Assembly: GCA_963703575.1 (NCBI GenBank)
Contig: CAVPEU010000016.1
Span: 3,292-67,291 of the forward strand
Direction of reading: 5' to 3'
Length of the DNA stretch: 64,000 nt
Origin: an uncultured Chloroflexia bacterium
Lineage (GTDB): Bacteria; Chloroflexota; Limnocylindria; Limnocylindrales; CSP1-4
In this document: positions 36,857-46,726 of the stretch, one piece after another
Numbering within the stretch: position 1 is the first letter of the stretch
Layout: every line of letters begins with the position of its first letter
Notes under the pieces: generated by a model
Told to the model about the DNA's origin: nothing
Database searches by the model: none
Seen by the model: the letters and a program-made list of their open reading frames with translations, nothing else
Position numbers and translations under genes: made by a program

Positions 36857-37978
36857 CTACCCCAGCGTCCGGTCCGCGAACGCCTCCAGCCGTTCGAGGC
36901 CCACCGCCAGGTCGGTCCGGCCGAACCCCAGGCGGAAGTGGTTCCCCGGATGCCCGAAGATCGAGCCCGGGGCGATCAGGACGCCCTCGGTCTCCAGGAG
37001 GTCCTCCGCGAACCGCTCCACCGGCACGTCCGCGCGGAGCTGCGGGAACCCGATCGATCCGCCCCGCGGCCGGACCCACCCGAAGTGCGCCGCCTGCCGC
37101 TCGAAGAATCCGTCCAGCAGGGCGACGTTCGTGCCCACGATCGCCCGTGACCTGGCCAGCACCTGCTCCCGCGCCCGGAGCGCGACCAGCGACAGGATCT
37201 CGGCCGGCGCCGACGCGCAGATCGTCGTGTAGTCCTTGAACCGGGCCGCGGCGTCCAGCAGCCGCGTGTCGTGCGTGGCCAGCCAGCCGATCCGCAGCCC
37301 GGCCAGGGCGAACGACTTGGACATGACGCCGACCGAGACGCCGTGCGGCCCGACATCGGCGCCGGCGGGCAGGCGGTCCGTCGGGTCCAGCTCGAGGAAG
37401 CGGTAGACCTCGTCCGAGAGCAGCGTGGCACCGGCATCGGCGGCGATCTCGGCCACGGCCCGGTAGGTCGCGGCACCGGGGAGGGCGCCGGTCGGGTTGT
37501 GCGGCGCATTGACGACGATGAGCCTCGTCCGCGGCGTCACCTGCCGGCGGAGAACGTCCACGTCGATCGCCCAGCCGTCGGCGGCGCGCAGCTCATGGAG
37601 CGTCACGTCCGCGCCGGTCGCGCGGGCCACCTCGTGCAGGCTCTGGTAGGCGGGCCAGACGACGATCGCGTGGTCGCCGGGTCTCAGCAGGACGTTGGCG
37701 GCCACGAAGATCGCCTCCTCGGCGCCGCTGAACACCAGCACCTCGCTGGGGGCGATCGTCTCGTACAGGCCGGCGATCTCCGCGCGCAGGAGCGGGTGCC
37801 CGGGCGCCTCCGTGTAGCCCAGGCGCAGGCCGTGCCACAGGGCGGACGCCTCCGGGTCCGCGAGCGCGAGCAGGTCGGACATCGGCCAGCCCTCCACGTC
37901 GGAGGCGCACAGCAGGTGCCGGACGGCGAACTCGTAGCGCGCGAAGAACCGCTCCAGCGCGAAGTCCTCGATCCGCAT
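36857..37978 (-). CDS. Class I/II PLP-dependent aminotransferase
   Basis: NAPHNPTG, SDEVY, MSKSFALAGLRIGW, HFRLGFG. Confidence 0.9.
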   Translation of the reverse strand: MRIEDFALERFFARYEFAVRHLLCASDVEGWPMSDLLALADPEASALWHGLRLGYTEAPGHPLLRAEIAGLYETIAPSEVLVFSGAEEAIFVAANVLLRPGDHAIVVWPAYQSLHEVARATGADVTLHELRAADGWAIDVDVLRRQVTPRTRLIVVNAPHNPTGALPGAATYRAVAEIAADAGATLLSDEVYRFLELDPTDRLPAGADVGPHGVSVGVMSKSFALAGLRIGWLATHDTRLLDAAARFKDYTTICASAPAEILSLVALRAREQVLARSRAIVGTNVALLDGFFERQAAHFGWVRPRGGSIGFPQLRADVPVERFAEDLLETEGVLIAPGSIFGHPGNHFRLGFGRTDLAVGLERLEAFADRTLG

Positions 37979-38397
37979 GGCGACATCATCGTCGATGCGG
38001 AAGCCGGAGATCGAGAGTGTGACGAGCTTCCACGTCTTGCCGCCATCCCGCGTGCCATCGAGGTCCTGGTTCTCGAACAGGGTGACATTCGCGCACGCTC
38101 GCCGACGGTTGCGCCCCGTCCTGAGTCACGCACGGTTCGGGCGGGGCATCTCCACGCTCAGCCCGGTGGTCCAGACCCCGGGTGTGAGCGCAAGCCACGC
38201 TCGCCATGTCGCGATCTGACCCACACGTGACTCAGGGCGACAAGGTGGACCTCTCCTGAGTCTGAGCTGTCGTCCAGTCAGGGGACACCCGTCGCCGACG
38301 AGGGCGGCCATCTGACCGGAACGCGCCTCGGACCTTGACGAATGACCACGGGGCAACTACCGTGCCAGACATGGATCACGGCGGCGCACGTAACCCA

Positions 38398-38727
38398 ATG
38401 ACCGAGCTCCGGCGGGGCGTGCTGGAGTACTGCGTCCTGGCGCTGGTCTGCCGGGAGGAGATGTACGGGTTCGACATCGTGCGGGCACTGTCGGCCGCCG
38501 GAAGCCTGCTCACCAGCGAGGGGACGATCTATCCCCTGCTCGCGCGGCTGCGACGGGACGGGCTGGTGACGACGACATGGCGCGAGTCCGAATCCGGACC
38601 GCCACGCCGCTACTACCGGATCACTGACGAGGGGCGGCGTGCCCTCGACGCGTTCACCGGCGACTGGCGCCGCTTCGCCGACGCGGTGAACGCGTTGCTT
38701 GCGGAACCATGGAGCGGAGGCGCGTGA
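38398..38727 (+). CDS. PadR family transcriptional regulator
   Basis: ELRRGVLEYCVL, EGTIYPLLARL, GPPRRYYRIT; start 38371 or 38398. Confidence 0.92.
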   Translation: MTELRRGVLEYCVLALVCREEMYGFDIVRALSAAGSLLTSEGTIYPLLARLRRDGLVTTTWRESESGPPRRYYRITDEGRRALDAFTGDWRRFADAVNALLAEPWSGGA

Positions 38728-38728
38728 C

Positions 38729-39181
38729 GTGGCAGGTGAAGCCCTGATCCGGGACTACCTCGGCCGGCTGGACACGGCATCGTGGCCGCTGCCGGCCGGG
38801 CGTCGCGAGGAGCTGCGGGCGGAGGTGGCCGACCAAATCGAGGCCGCGCTCGCCGAGACCGGCAGCCGCGACGAGGTCACCATCCGCAACGTCCTCGAGC
38901 GCCTGGGCCGCCCCGAGGAGATCGCCGCCGCAGACATCGATCCGGTCGCGGTGTCCTCGACCCCGTCGCCGTCCGTCGCACGCGGATCGTGGGGACCGGT
39001 CGAGGTCATCGCGATCCTCCTGCTCTCGGTCGGTGCCGTGCTCCTGCCGGTCGTCGGCCCGCTAGTGGGGCTCCTCTTCGTCTGGGGGTCGCCGCAGTGG
39101 ACGAGCCGCGAGAAGACGATCGCGAGCGCGATCGTGCTCGCGATGCTCGCGCTGCCCGTCCTGTTCCTCATTGCCGTTTAG
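38729..39181 (+). CDS. HAAS-domain membrane protein (PadR partner)
   Basis: YLGRL..LP..RREELRAEVADQI..LERLGRPEEIAA followed by TM helices. Confidence 0.8.
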   Translation: MAGEALIRDYLGRLDTASWPLPAGRREELRAEVADQIEAALAETGSRDEVTIRNVLERLGRPEEIAAADIDPVAVSSTPSPSVARGSWGPVEVIAILLLSVGAVLLPVVGPLVGLLFVWGSPQWTSREKTIASAIVLAMLALPVLFLIAV

Positions 39182-39302
39182 GAGCAACGACATGACGATC
39201 GACCCGACCGGCACGCTGGTGCTGTGGGCGATCCCCCTCGCGGGGATCGTCGCGGCGATCTACCTCGCACTCGCACTCGCGCGCCGCCGGCGCTGACTCG
39301 AC

Positions 39303-40007
39303 CTAGCGGGCGACCTCGTGCAGGGCGGCAGCCAGCGAGGTCGCGGTCGCCCGGTCCAGGCCGTGGGTCACCAGCAGCCAGCTGAGCGCGGCGCCGCGGT
39401 CCACGACGATCGCCCAGTCGCCTCCGTCCAGCGCGACCAGGGTCCCGCTCATCGACCCGAACGCCGCGTCGCCCGCGTCGCTGCCGGATGGGACGCAGCC
39501 GCTCGCGTCCTGGCAGAACGCACCCTCGGACAGCGCGAACGTCGCCCCGGCGGGACCCTTGTAGGAGATCACCAGCTTGCCGCCGTTGGCGAGGCGGTAG
39601 GAGCCGGCCGACACGAACCAGCCGCTGGGCAGGACACCGCACAGGACGGGCCAGTCCACGGCCCGGGCGACGCTCAGGAAGAAGTCGTGGATCGACTGGT
39701 CGCCGGAGCAGGCGTCCGCGGCCGTGGGGGGAGCGGAGGCGCCCGGCTCGATCGATGGATCCGGCGAGGCGCTCTCGGCCGGCGACTGGCTCTCCGTGGC
39801 CGGGGGCTCCGACGGCTCGGATGCCGGCTCGGACGGCCCTGCGCTGCTGCCGCCGCCGCCGGGCTCGGCTGACGCGGGCTCCGCGCTCGACGGGGCCGCG
39901 GACCGGGTCGACGACGCCGTGGGGTTGCTTGACGGCGCTGACGTGCCGCACGCGGACGCGACCAGTGCGGCCAGGACCAGGAGCGCGGCGAGCCGGAGGC
40001 GGATCAC
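39303..40007 (-). CDS. Hypothetical lipoprotein
   Basis: GTG start, lipobox VASAC, S/P/E-rich linker, Cys-containing C-terminal domain. Confidence 0.7.
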   Translation of the reverse strand: MIRLRLAALLVLAALVASACGTSAPSSNPTASSTRSAAPSSAEPASAEPGGGGSSAGPSEPASEPSEPPATESQSPAESASPDPSIEPGASAPPTAADACSGDQSIHDFFLSVARAVDWPVLCGVLPSGWFVSAGSYRLANGGKLVISYKGPAGATFALSEGAFCQDASGCVPSGSDAGDAAFGSMSGTLVALDGGDWAIVVDRGAALSWLLVTHGLDRATATSLAAALHEVAR

Positions 40008-40099
40008 CCGCCCAGCGTACCGGTCCGGCGCCCGCGGCGCTGGCCGATGGGCCCGGGTTCCCGACACGGGCTCGGACGCCCGGCGGCCACTTCCGCCAC

Positions 40100-40867
40100 T
40101 CAGCGCGCCCCCACGGATGCCGCCAGCCGCACGAGGGCCGGCTCCACCCCGAACACCTCGCGGATCCGCTCGTCGGTCAGGACGTCGGCCGGGGCGCCAT
40201 CCGCGACCACGCACCCCTGGTCGATCACCACCAGCCGCGGGAAGAAGTGAGCGGCCAGGCCCAGGTCGTGGAGGACGGCGACCAGCGCCGTGCCGTCCCG
40301 CTCGTTGAGGTCACGCAGGAGCTCCATCGCCTCGACCTGGTGGCGCAGGTCGAGGTGCACCGTGGGCTCGTCAAGGAGCAGGACGGGCGCCGCCTGGGCC
40401 ACGGCCAGCGCGAGCAGCACCAGCTGCCGTTCACCCAGGGACAGCTCCCGCGCATCGCGGCCCAGCAGGTGCCCGAGACCCACCCGCTCGATCGCCGCCG
40501 CCACGGCCGCCCGGTCCGCGGGCCGCATCCCGCGCAGCAGCGCTTCGTGCGGGAGCCGTCCGAGTGCCACCACCTCCTCCACCCGCATCGCGAACGGCAG
40601 CGCGGCCTGCTGGGGCACCACCGCCAGGCGACGGGCGATCTGCGCCCGGTCCAGCGACTCGATCGGCTCCCCGTCCAGCGCCACGCGCCCCGCCGTGGGA
40701 CGGAGCGTGCCGGCCAGCACCCGCAGGAGCGTGGACTTGCCGGCGCCGTTCGGACCCACCAGCGCCACCCGTTCGCCCTCCCCCAGCGCCAGCGAGACGT
40801 CGCGCAGGATCGCCCCAGTGCGGACCTCGACGGTGACGCCGTCGGCGCGCAGCGCGTCGCGGCTCAC
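40100..40867 (-). CDS. btuD: Cobalamin/iron-chelate ABC transporter ATP-binding protein
   Basis: [35 protein letters not shown]. Confidence 0.85.
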   Translation of the reverse strand: MSRDALRADGVTVEVRTGAILRDVSLALGEGERVALVGPNGAGKSTLLRVLAGTLRPTAGRVALDGEPIESLDRAQIARRLAVVPQQAALPFAMRVEEVVALGRLPHEALLRGMRPADRAAVAAAIERVGLGHLLGRDARELSLGERQLVLLALAVAQAAPVLLLDEPTVHLDLRHQVEAMELLRDLNERDGTALVAVLHDLGLAAHFFPRLVVIDQGCVVADGAPADVLTDERIREVFGVEPALVRLAASVGAR

Positions 40868-41949
40868 AGCTCGTACCCCGTACGCGCCCGGCGCAGGAGC
40901 GCGAGGAAGAACGGCGCCCCGATCACCGCGGTCACCACGCCGACCGGCACCCCGCCCAGCATCCTCGCCACGACGTCCGCGACGGCGAGCAGGCTCGCCC
41001 CGAACAGCGCCGAGATGGGCAGGACCAGCCGGGCGTTGGGGCCCACCAGCAGCCGCACGAGGTGCGGCACGACCAGCCCCACGAAGCCGATCAGGCCCGC
41101 GATCGCGACGCCGGCCGCCGTGACCAGCGAGGCGAGCGCGAGCAGGATCGCCCGCTCCCGTCGCACGTCCACGCCCAGGTGCGCGGCCGCCTCCTCGCCC
41201 AGCAGGAACCCGTTGAGGGCCCGGGCCCGCAGGAGGATCAGGAGGCTCCCACCCAGGATCAGCGGCGAGGCGACGGCCAGCCGCGTCCAGGACGTGCCGT
41301 CGAACCCGCCCAGCAGGTACGCGAAGATCACCCGCAGGCCGGTGCCCGAGAGGTACATCGCCATCGCGAGACCGGCGGACAGCAGGGAGCCCACCGCGTA
41401 GCCGGTGAGCAGGAGCGAGGTGAGCGGCGCCAGCGGGCTCGTGCGCGACAGGCGGTACACCACCGTCACGGAGCCGAGCGCGCCCGCGAACGCGAGCCCG
41501 TGCAGCAGCCCGAACTCGAGGACCAGGCCCCGCACCGGGATGAGCACCGCGATGGCCGCGCCGAGCGCCGCCCCGGACGCGGTCCCCAGCACGTACGGGT
41601 CCGCCAGCGGGTTGCGCAGCAGGCCCTGGAACGTCGCCCCGGCCACCGCCAGGCCGGTGCCCACGACCATCGCCGTGAGCACGCGCGGCAGGCGCAGGTC
41701 GATCACGATCGCCTCCGTCGTCGCCGGCCAGGTGACCGGGACCTGGAGCCCCAGCAACCGCCGGGCGAGGATCGCCAGGGTCGTCCCCGGGCTGACGTCC
41801 ACGGATCCGAGCACGATGCCGCCGACGAGGACGACGGCCAGCGTCACCACCCCCAGCACGGCCAGCCACCCGGCCCGTCCCAGCAGGCGAGCCGGGGCGA
41901 CCACGGCGGCACGGGCCCCGGCGCCGGCGGGGACGGGGGTGCTGGTCAT
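40864..41949 (-). CDS. btuC: Cobalamin/iron-chelate ABC transporter permease (FecCD family)
   Basis: [41 protein letters not shown]. Confidence 0.88.
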   Translation of the reverse strand: MTSTPVPAGAGARAAVVAPARLLGRAGWLAVLGVVTLAVVLVGGIVLGSVDVSPGTTLAILARRLLGLQVPVTWPATTEAIVIDLRLPRVLTAMVVGTGLAVAGATFQGLLRNPLADPYVLGTASGAALGAAIAVLIPVRGLVLEFGLLHGLAFAGALGSVTVVYRLSRTSPLAPLTSLLLTGYAVGSLLSAGLAMAMYLSGTGLRVIFAYLLGGFDGTSWTRLAVASPLILGGSLLILLRARALNGFLLGEEAAAHLGVDVRRERAILLALASLVTAAGVAIAGLIGFVGLVVPHLVRLLVGPNARLVLPISALFGASLLAVADVVARMLGGVPVGVVTAVIGAPFFLALLRRARTGYEL

Positions 41950-41952
41950 GGC

Positions 41953-42993
41953 CTAGGGCGCCGTCGACGGGAACGCCAGGTCCGGGTGGATCGCGATCGC
42001 CAGCGCCCGGATCCCCTCCGCGAGCCGGGGGCCGGGCCGCGTGACCATGACGTCGTCGATGGGCCGGACGTTGCCGGTCTTCACCGCGCTCAGCGTGTCC
42101 CAGCCCGGCCGCTTGCCGACCTGGTCCGCGGTCACGCCGTAGGCGGCGTCGCCGAGGAGGATGACCTCGGGATCGAAGGCGATGATCTCCTCGGCCTCGA
42201 TCTGGTAGACGCCCGGGGTGCCGCTCGTGAGCGGCTGGCCGCCGGCGATGCCGATCATCTCGGTGCCGAAGTAGTCGGGCGCCGGACCGAAGAACCCGTT
42301 GGTCGCGTCGAGCTCGTAGAACACCCGCGGCTGGGGCAGGGTGGACGTGGCCTGCGAGACCTGGTCGACCGCGGCCTGGATGTTCGCGCTGATGGCGGTC
42401 GCCTCGTCCGGCCGGCCCACGGCACGCCCGATCAGGCCGATGTCGGCGAGGGCGGTCTTCACGTCCGGCGCGTAGAGCACGAGCACCGGCACCCCCAGCT
42501 GGCGCAGCTTCGCGATGGACTCGGGCGGGTTGAAGTTGTCGCCGCCGGCGAGGACGAGGTTGGTGCCCAGGCCGACGATCTTCTCGACGTCCACCGAGCC
42601 GAACTTGGCGACATCGGGCACCTTGGCGGCCTCCGGCGGGTAGAGGCTGAAGTCCTCGACCTTGCCCACGACGCGGTCGCCCACGCCCAGGGCGAACAGG
42701 GTCTCGGTCGTGGCCGGCGTGAGCGACACGATCTTCGCCGGCTCCGAGGGGATCGTGACCGCCGTGCCCTCATCGTCGGTGAGGGTGGCGGGGAAGGCGG
42801 GCGCGGTCGTCGCGGCCGGGGTGGTCGTCGCGGTCGCGACCGCGCTGGCCGACGGGGACGGCGTGACGGGGGCGAGGGTCGGCGTCGCGGCGGGGCCGGC
42901 GCAGGCGGCCAGCAGGGTCGCGACGAGGACCAGGACCAGGGCGGGAAGCGGGCGGCGAGCACGACGGCGGGCCGCGAAAGAGCGTGCGTCCAC
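41953..42993 (-). CDS. btuF: Cobalamin-binding lipoprotein
   Basis: Lipobox LAAC; [17 protein letters not shown]; VTRPGPRL; directly downstream of a B12 riboswitch. Confidence 0.85.
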   Translation of the reverse strand: MDARSFAARRRARRPLPALVLVLVATLLAACAGPAATPTLAPVTPSPSASAVATATTTPAATTAPAFPATLTDDEGTAVTIPSEPAKIVSLTPATTETLFALGVGDRVVGKVEDFSLYPPEAAKVPDVAKFGSVDVEKIVGLGTNLVLAGGDNFNPPESIAKLRQLGVPVLVLYAPDVKTALADIGLIGRAVGRPDEATAISANIQAAVDQVSQATSTLPQPRVFYELDATNGFFGPAPDYFGTEMIGIAGGQPLTSGTPGVYQIEAEEIIAFDPEVILLGDAAYGVTADQVGKRPGWDTLSAVKTGNVRPIDDVMVTRPGPRLAEGIRALAIAIHPDLAFPSTAP

Positions 42994-43111
42994 GGGAACT
43001 CCGGAATCGGGGAAGGCCTGGGAATGGAAGACCCCTCGCTTCGGGATCGAAGGAGGGGTCACGCTGTAGATCGCACGCTGCGCCTGACCTTTCTCTCGAA
43101 GGTTCGAGCGG

Positions 43112-43209
43112 CGACGGCAGGTCGGCGACCGGACTTCCGCCCCTCAAGGGGCGGTCACCGTAGCGGGACTGTGCCGGATTCGCACCGGCTTCGCGACCGT
43201 ACCGCGTCG
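43112..43209 (-). ncRNA. Cobalamin riboswitch (compact form)
   Basis: Minus strand GAAGCCGGTGCGAATCCGGCACAGTCCCGCTACGGTGA..GAAGTCCGG..GACCTGCCG matches the B12-element core and B12 box; upstream of btuFCD. Confidence 0.85.
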
Positions 43210-43351
43210 GACATGTGTGGGGACACGGGGTCCCGATGAAGTTCCAAGCGTATCACTCCGGATCCGGATAAGCGGCAGCGAAGTGGGGCCCGCCACAATG
43301 CGGACCTCGCCCTCCTCCCGCCCATCCCTGTCCCCGCCGGAGGAGGTCCTC

Positions 43352-44446
43352 ATGGAGGCCGTTCGATGGTTCCGCGGTCTGGCACCCGTTGCCGCGCTTG
43401 CGATGCTCGCGGCGGTGGGGCTCGGCAGACCGCCGGCACTGGTCGCGGCGGATCCGCCCTGGCAGCCACCGCCGTGCAGCGTGGTGGATCCCGCGGCGGT
43501 GCCCCAGTCCGCTCCGGCCGCCTGGTACCGGATGGATCCCGTGCTCGACCGGGCCGGGACGCTGGCCGGCCAGCGCCTGGCGCTGGGCGTGCTCGGAGCT
43601 GGCTCGCGCCACGTCGATCTGCCGCCGGAGTCGTTCGCGTCCGGCCCGGTGCTCGGCCGGCTGCTGGTGGGCGATGACGACGGGTCGTCCTCGCGGTTGC
43701 GCGTCGTGGATGTCGCGCGTGGCTGCGCGACCGTCGTCGCCCGCGAGGCGGACGTGATCCGCAGCGCCCTGCTGTCACCCGACGGCGTGACGATCTGGGA
43801 GCACCGGGTCGATCGGGCCAGCCGGACGGACGAGGGGATCTGGCGCCGCACGGCGGACCAGCCGGCCGGGACCCGGATCCTGCCGGGCCTGCCGTCCGAC
43901 GACCGGTACGGCCCCACGTTCGCCACGGAGCTGCGCTGGACGGGCGACGGGCGCCTGGGCGTCGCGTCATGCGGCGAGCTCGCATGCCGGAGCCGGGTCC
44001 TGGATCCGGCGACGGGACGCGTGTCGTCGATCGAGGCGACCGGCCCGATGATCGGCGTGGACGGGGACACCGTCGTCGCCTACGACGCGTGTCACGGGTT
44101 CCCCTGCCCGATCCTCGCCGTGGATGCCGTCACCGGCCGGCGAACGACGCTGGTCGACGACTCGGGAGCGGCGTCCCTGGGCGCCGCCGACGACCACCTC
44201 CTCGTGTTCGAGGCGGCACGCGGGTCCCTCGAGACCCTCGACCTGCGGACGGGGATCCGTCGGCCGGTCGAGGGCGGCGCCGGCCTGCTCCCGGTGCGCG
44301 GCGGATCGCTCGCGGCGAGCGGTGCGGACCTGCCCGCCGGGGATGTGCTGGTGGCGCCGGATGGGCTCGTCACCGAGCCGGCCGAAGCCCGGGGGATCGA
44401 TCCCCTGACCTCCGCCGTCGAAGCTGTCGAGGAGACGTCCCGATGA
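43352..44446 (+). CDS. Secreted hypothetical protein (beta-propeller-like)
   Basis: RBS GGAGGAGG, signal peptide, repeated (V/L)D..TG turns, LSPDG, Cys pairs. Confidence 0.65.
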   Translation: MEAVRWFRGLAPVAALAMLAAVGLGRPPALVAADPPWQPPPCSVVDPAAVPQSAPAAWYRMDPVLDRAGTLAGQRLALGVLGAGSRHVDLPPESFASGPVLGRLLVGDDDGSSSRLRVVDVARGCATVVAREADVIRSALLSPDGVTIWEHRVDRASRTDEGIWRRTADQPAGTRILPGLPSDDRYGPTFATELRWTGDGRLGVASCGELACRSRVLDPATGRVSSIEATGPMIGVDGDTVVAYDACHGFPCPILAVDAVTGRRTTLVDDSGAASLGAADDHLLVFEAARGSLETLDLRTGIRRPVEGGAGLLPVRGGSLAASGADLPAGDVLVAPDGLVTEPAEARGIDPLTSAVEAVEETSR

Positions 44447-45480
44447 GGAGCCGAACCCGCGCTCGCCTGGCCGGCCGCGCCGCGGCCCTCGCCCTGGCGC
44501 TGCTCCTGCCGGTCGGGGCGCTCGTCCCGATCTCCGCCTCCACCCCCGATCCGATCCTCGGCGGCGGCCTGTACGCGCAGAACCTGCTGCTGAAGTACCG
44601 CTGGTCCTCCGCTGGCACGCCTCCTGCCGCGATGAAGACGGCGATCAACGCCGGCGTCGCCGACGCCGCCCGGACACGATTGTCGAAGGCACCGACCTTC
44701 GCCTATGCCAGCGGCGCCGGCAACCTCGTGTACTACGGCACGAGCGTGCCGTGCGGCGTCAACGCGCTCGCCTGCATGCGCCGCGATCCACCCGGCTGGT
44801 TCGGCGTCTGGTACCGCGAGAACGGCCATCGGTACGACTGGGGAACGCTCCGGTGGTGCGAGATGACGGGCTCGCCGACCGGCTGCTTCGAGGCGGAGAA
44901 CGTGACCCTCCACGAGTTCGGCCACGTGATGATCCTCGACCACCACGTGAACCTACCCGACAACAGCGACTTCCTGGACGCCGTCATGCAGACGTACCAG
45001 CACGCGAAGGCGAAGGCCGGCTGGAACGTCCACGCCTACGAGCGATGCGACGTCGCCACCCTCCAGCAGCAGTACGACGTCCCGACAACCTCCACGCTCT
45101 ACAGCACCTGCCTCAGTGTCCCGACCACCATCGGCCTGTCGGTGTCTCCGGCATCCGTCGTGACCGAGACGAAGGTGACGTTCACCGCCACGCTCCGGAG
45201 CGCCGGCTCCGGGCGACTGTCGGACAACCTGGTCGCCGGGCGCAAGGTCGTCCTCCAGCGGTGGACGGGCAGCGCCTGGGCGGACGTCGCCACCCTGCCG
45301 CCCGGGTCATCCGCCGGCACCTACACCACGAGCCTCACGATGTGGACGAGCGGCGACTACCGGGCGCTGTTCCGCAAACCGTCGAACGAGGGCCTCCGGT
45401 CCTCGTCGTCCGCCACGACCAGGGTGACCGTCAAGGCCCCCTGCGTCACGCAGGTCTGTCCGCAGTCCGTCATCCGCTGA
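44443..45480 (+). CDS. Secreted metzincin/matrixin-like zinc metalloprotease with C-terminal Ig-like domain
   Basis: Signal peptide; HEFGHVMILDH followed by DAVM (Met-turn); ATGA overlap with the upstream gene. Confidence 0.7.
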   Translation: MRSRTRARLAGRAAALALALLLPVGALVPISASTPDPILGGGLYAQNLLLKYRWSSAGTPPAAMKTAINAGVADAARTRLSKAPTFAYASGAGNLVYYGTSVPCGVNALACMRRDPPGWFGVWYRENGHRYDWGTLRWCEMTGSPTGCFEAENVTLHEFGHVMILDHHVNLPDNSDFLDAVMQTYQHAKAKAGWNVHAYERCDVATLQQQYDVPTTSTLYSTCLSVPTTIGLSVSPASVVTETKVTFTATLRSAGSGRLSDNLVAGRKVVLQRWTGSAWADVATLPPGSSAGTYTTSLTMWTSGDYRALFRKPSNEGLRSSSSATTRVTVKAPCVTQVCPQSVIR

Positions 45481-45500
45481 ACGAGCAAGGAGGGAACGCC

Positions 45501-46097
45501 ATGTCCACGCGCGCCGCCGTCGTCAGGTCGGTCGGCCTCGTCCTGGTCCTCGTGCCGGCGGCGGCGTGCGGGACCGCCGGCCCGCCGCCGGCATCCACGC
45601 CCGCCACGAGCCCCGCCGCATCCACGCCCGCCGCGAGTCCGGCCGCATCCACGCCGTCGGCGAGCCCGGGGCCGGCGAGAAGCCCGGGCCCCTCGACATC
45701 CGCCACCGCTCCAGCCGCGACCGACGCCGCTCCCCCGGCGGCCCTGCTGGGCGGGCTGTCCGGTGCGGTCGCGGCGGGACAGCTGGGCACGTTCTCGTGG
45801 GACGGGTTCGTCTCCGATTCGCCGTGGATCGTGGGCCCGTCCGCCGGGGACGTGCGCGCTACGGAGCGGCTCGCGATCACGCTCGACCCGGACCTCGCGC
45901 CGATCACCTGGCAGGCGCGCTGGGCGCCGGTGACCGGAGGCCAGGCGGGGGATCCGGTCGACGGCGGGTCCGGCTCCACGAGCGGGATCGAGGTCTCGCC
46001 GCCGGCGACACCGGGCGCATGGAGCCTGCAGCTCACCGCAGGGTTCGGCGTGGGACGCAGCGCGACCTGGTACTGGCGGATCGAGGTCGCACCCTGA
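45501..46097 (+). CDS. Hypothetical lipoprotein
   Basis: RBS AAGGAGG, lipobox AAAC, PAAST repeats, Trp-rich C-terminal domain. Confidence 0.7.
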   Translation: MSTRAAVVRSVGLVLVLVPAAACGTAGPPPASTPATSPAASTPAASPAASTPSASPGPARSPGPSTSATAPAATDAAPPAALLGGLSGAVAAGQLGTFSWDGFVSDSPWIVGPSAGDVRATERLAITLDPDLAPITWQARWAPVTGGQAGDPVDGGSGSTSGIEVSPPATPGAWSLQLTAGFGVGRSATWYWRIEVAP

Positions 46098-46186
46098 GCC
46101 GGGGCGCGTCCGGGCGCCGCCGCAGCTGCGGCGGCGCCCGGTATGGCGGACATGCGGTGACCGGCCGGATGCCCGGCCGGCGACGG

Positions 46187-46462
46187 TCAGGCGGTGGCCT
46201 CCGCCGTCGCGTTGAAGATCGAGACCTGCGCCTCCTCCGGCAGCATCACGCCGAAGATCTTCTGCAACGCGAGGAGATGCACACACGAGCCCCAGCTCTC
46301 GAAGTAGTGGCACGTGCAGTGCCACCGGCCAGCGTCGAGGCTCACGTGGTGGGTGTCGTTGTCACCGCGGAACGTCAGGGCGACCCGCTCGACCGTGATC
46401 CGGTCCAGCTCGCGGGCATAGCGATTCGCCTTCTCGACCTTGCCGATGAGAGAGGAGTGCAT
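46187..46462 (-). CDS. Small SWIM zinc-finger protein
   Basis: WHCTCHYF..SCVH (CxC..CxH); RBS GGAGG. Confidence 0.8.
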   Translation of the reverse strand: MHSSLIGKVEKANRYARELDRITVERVALTFRGDNDTHHVSLDAGRWHCTCHYFESWGSCVHLLALQKIFGVMLPEEAQVSIFNATAEATA

Positions 46463-46726
46463 CGCCGATCATCCTCCAGTCGCCCCGCGACGGGCGCCCA
46501 CGAGGGCCGCCGTCCGGTCGGACCCGCAGGACCGGTGATGGCGGTCGTGGGACAAGCCTACACCTCCAGGCGAGCGGGTCAGCACGTGGGGAGAGACCCG
46601 CTCGCCGGGGGCCGGAAGGACCATCCTCCACCCGTCCGGCCGGGACCTCCGGCCCGACGCCCGGGCAGTCCGGCCGGACGGCGAGCAGGTGCATCGCGCG
46701 GGTGCGTGGGGGAGCAGGGCGGGAGG

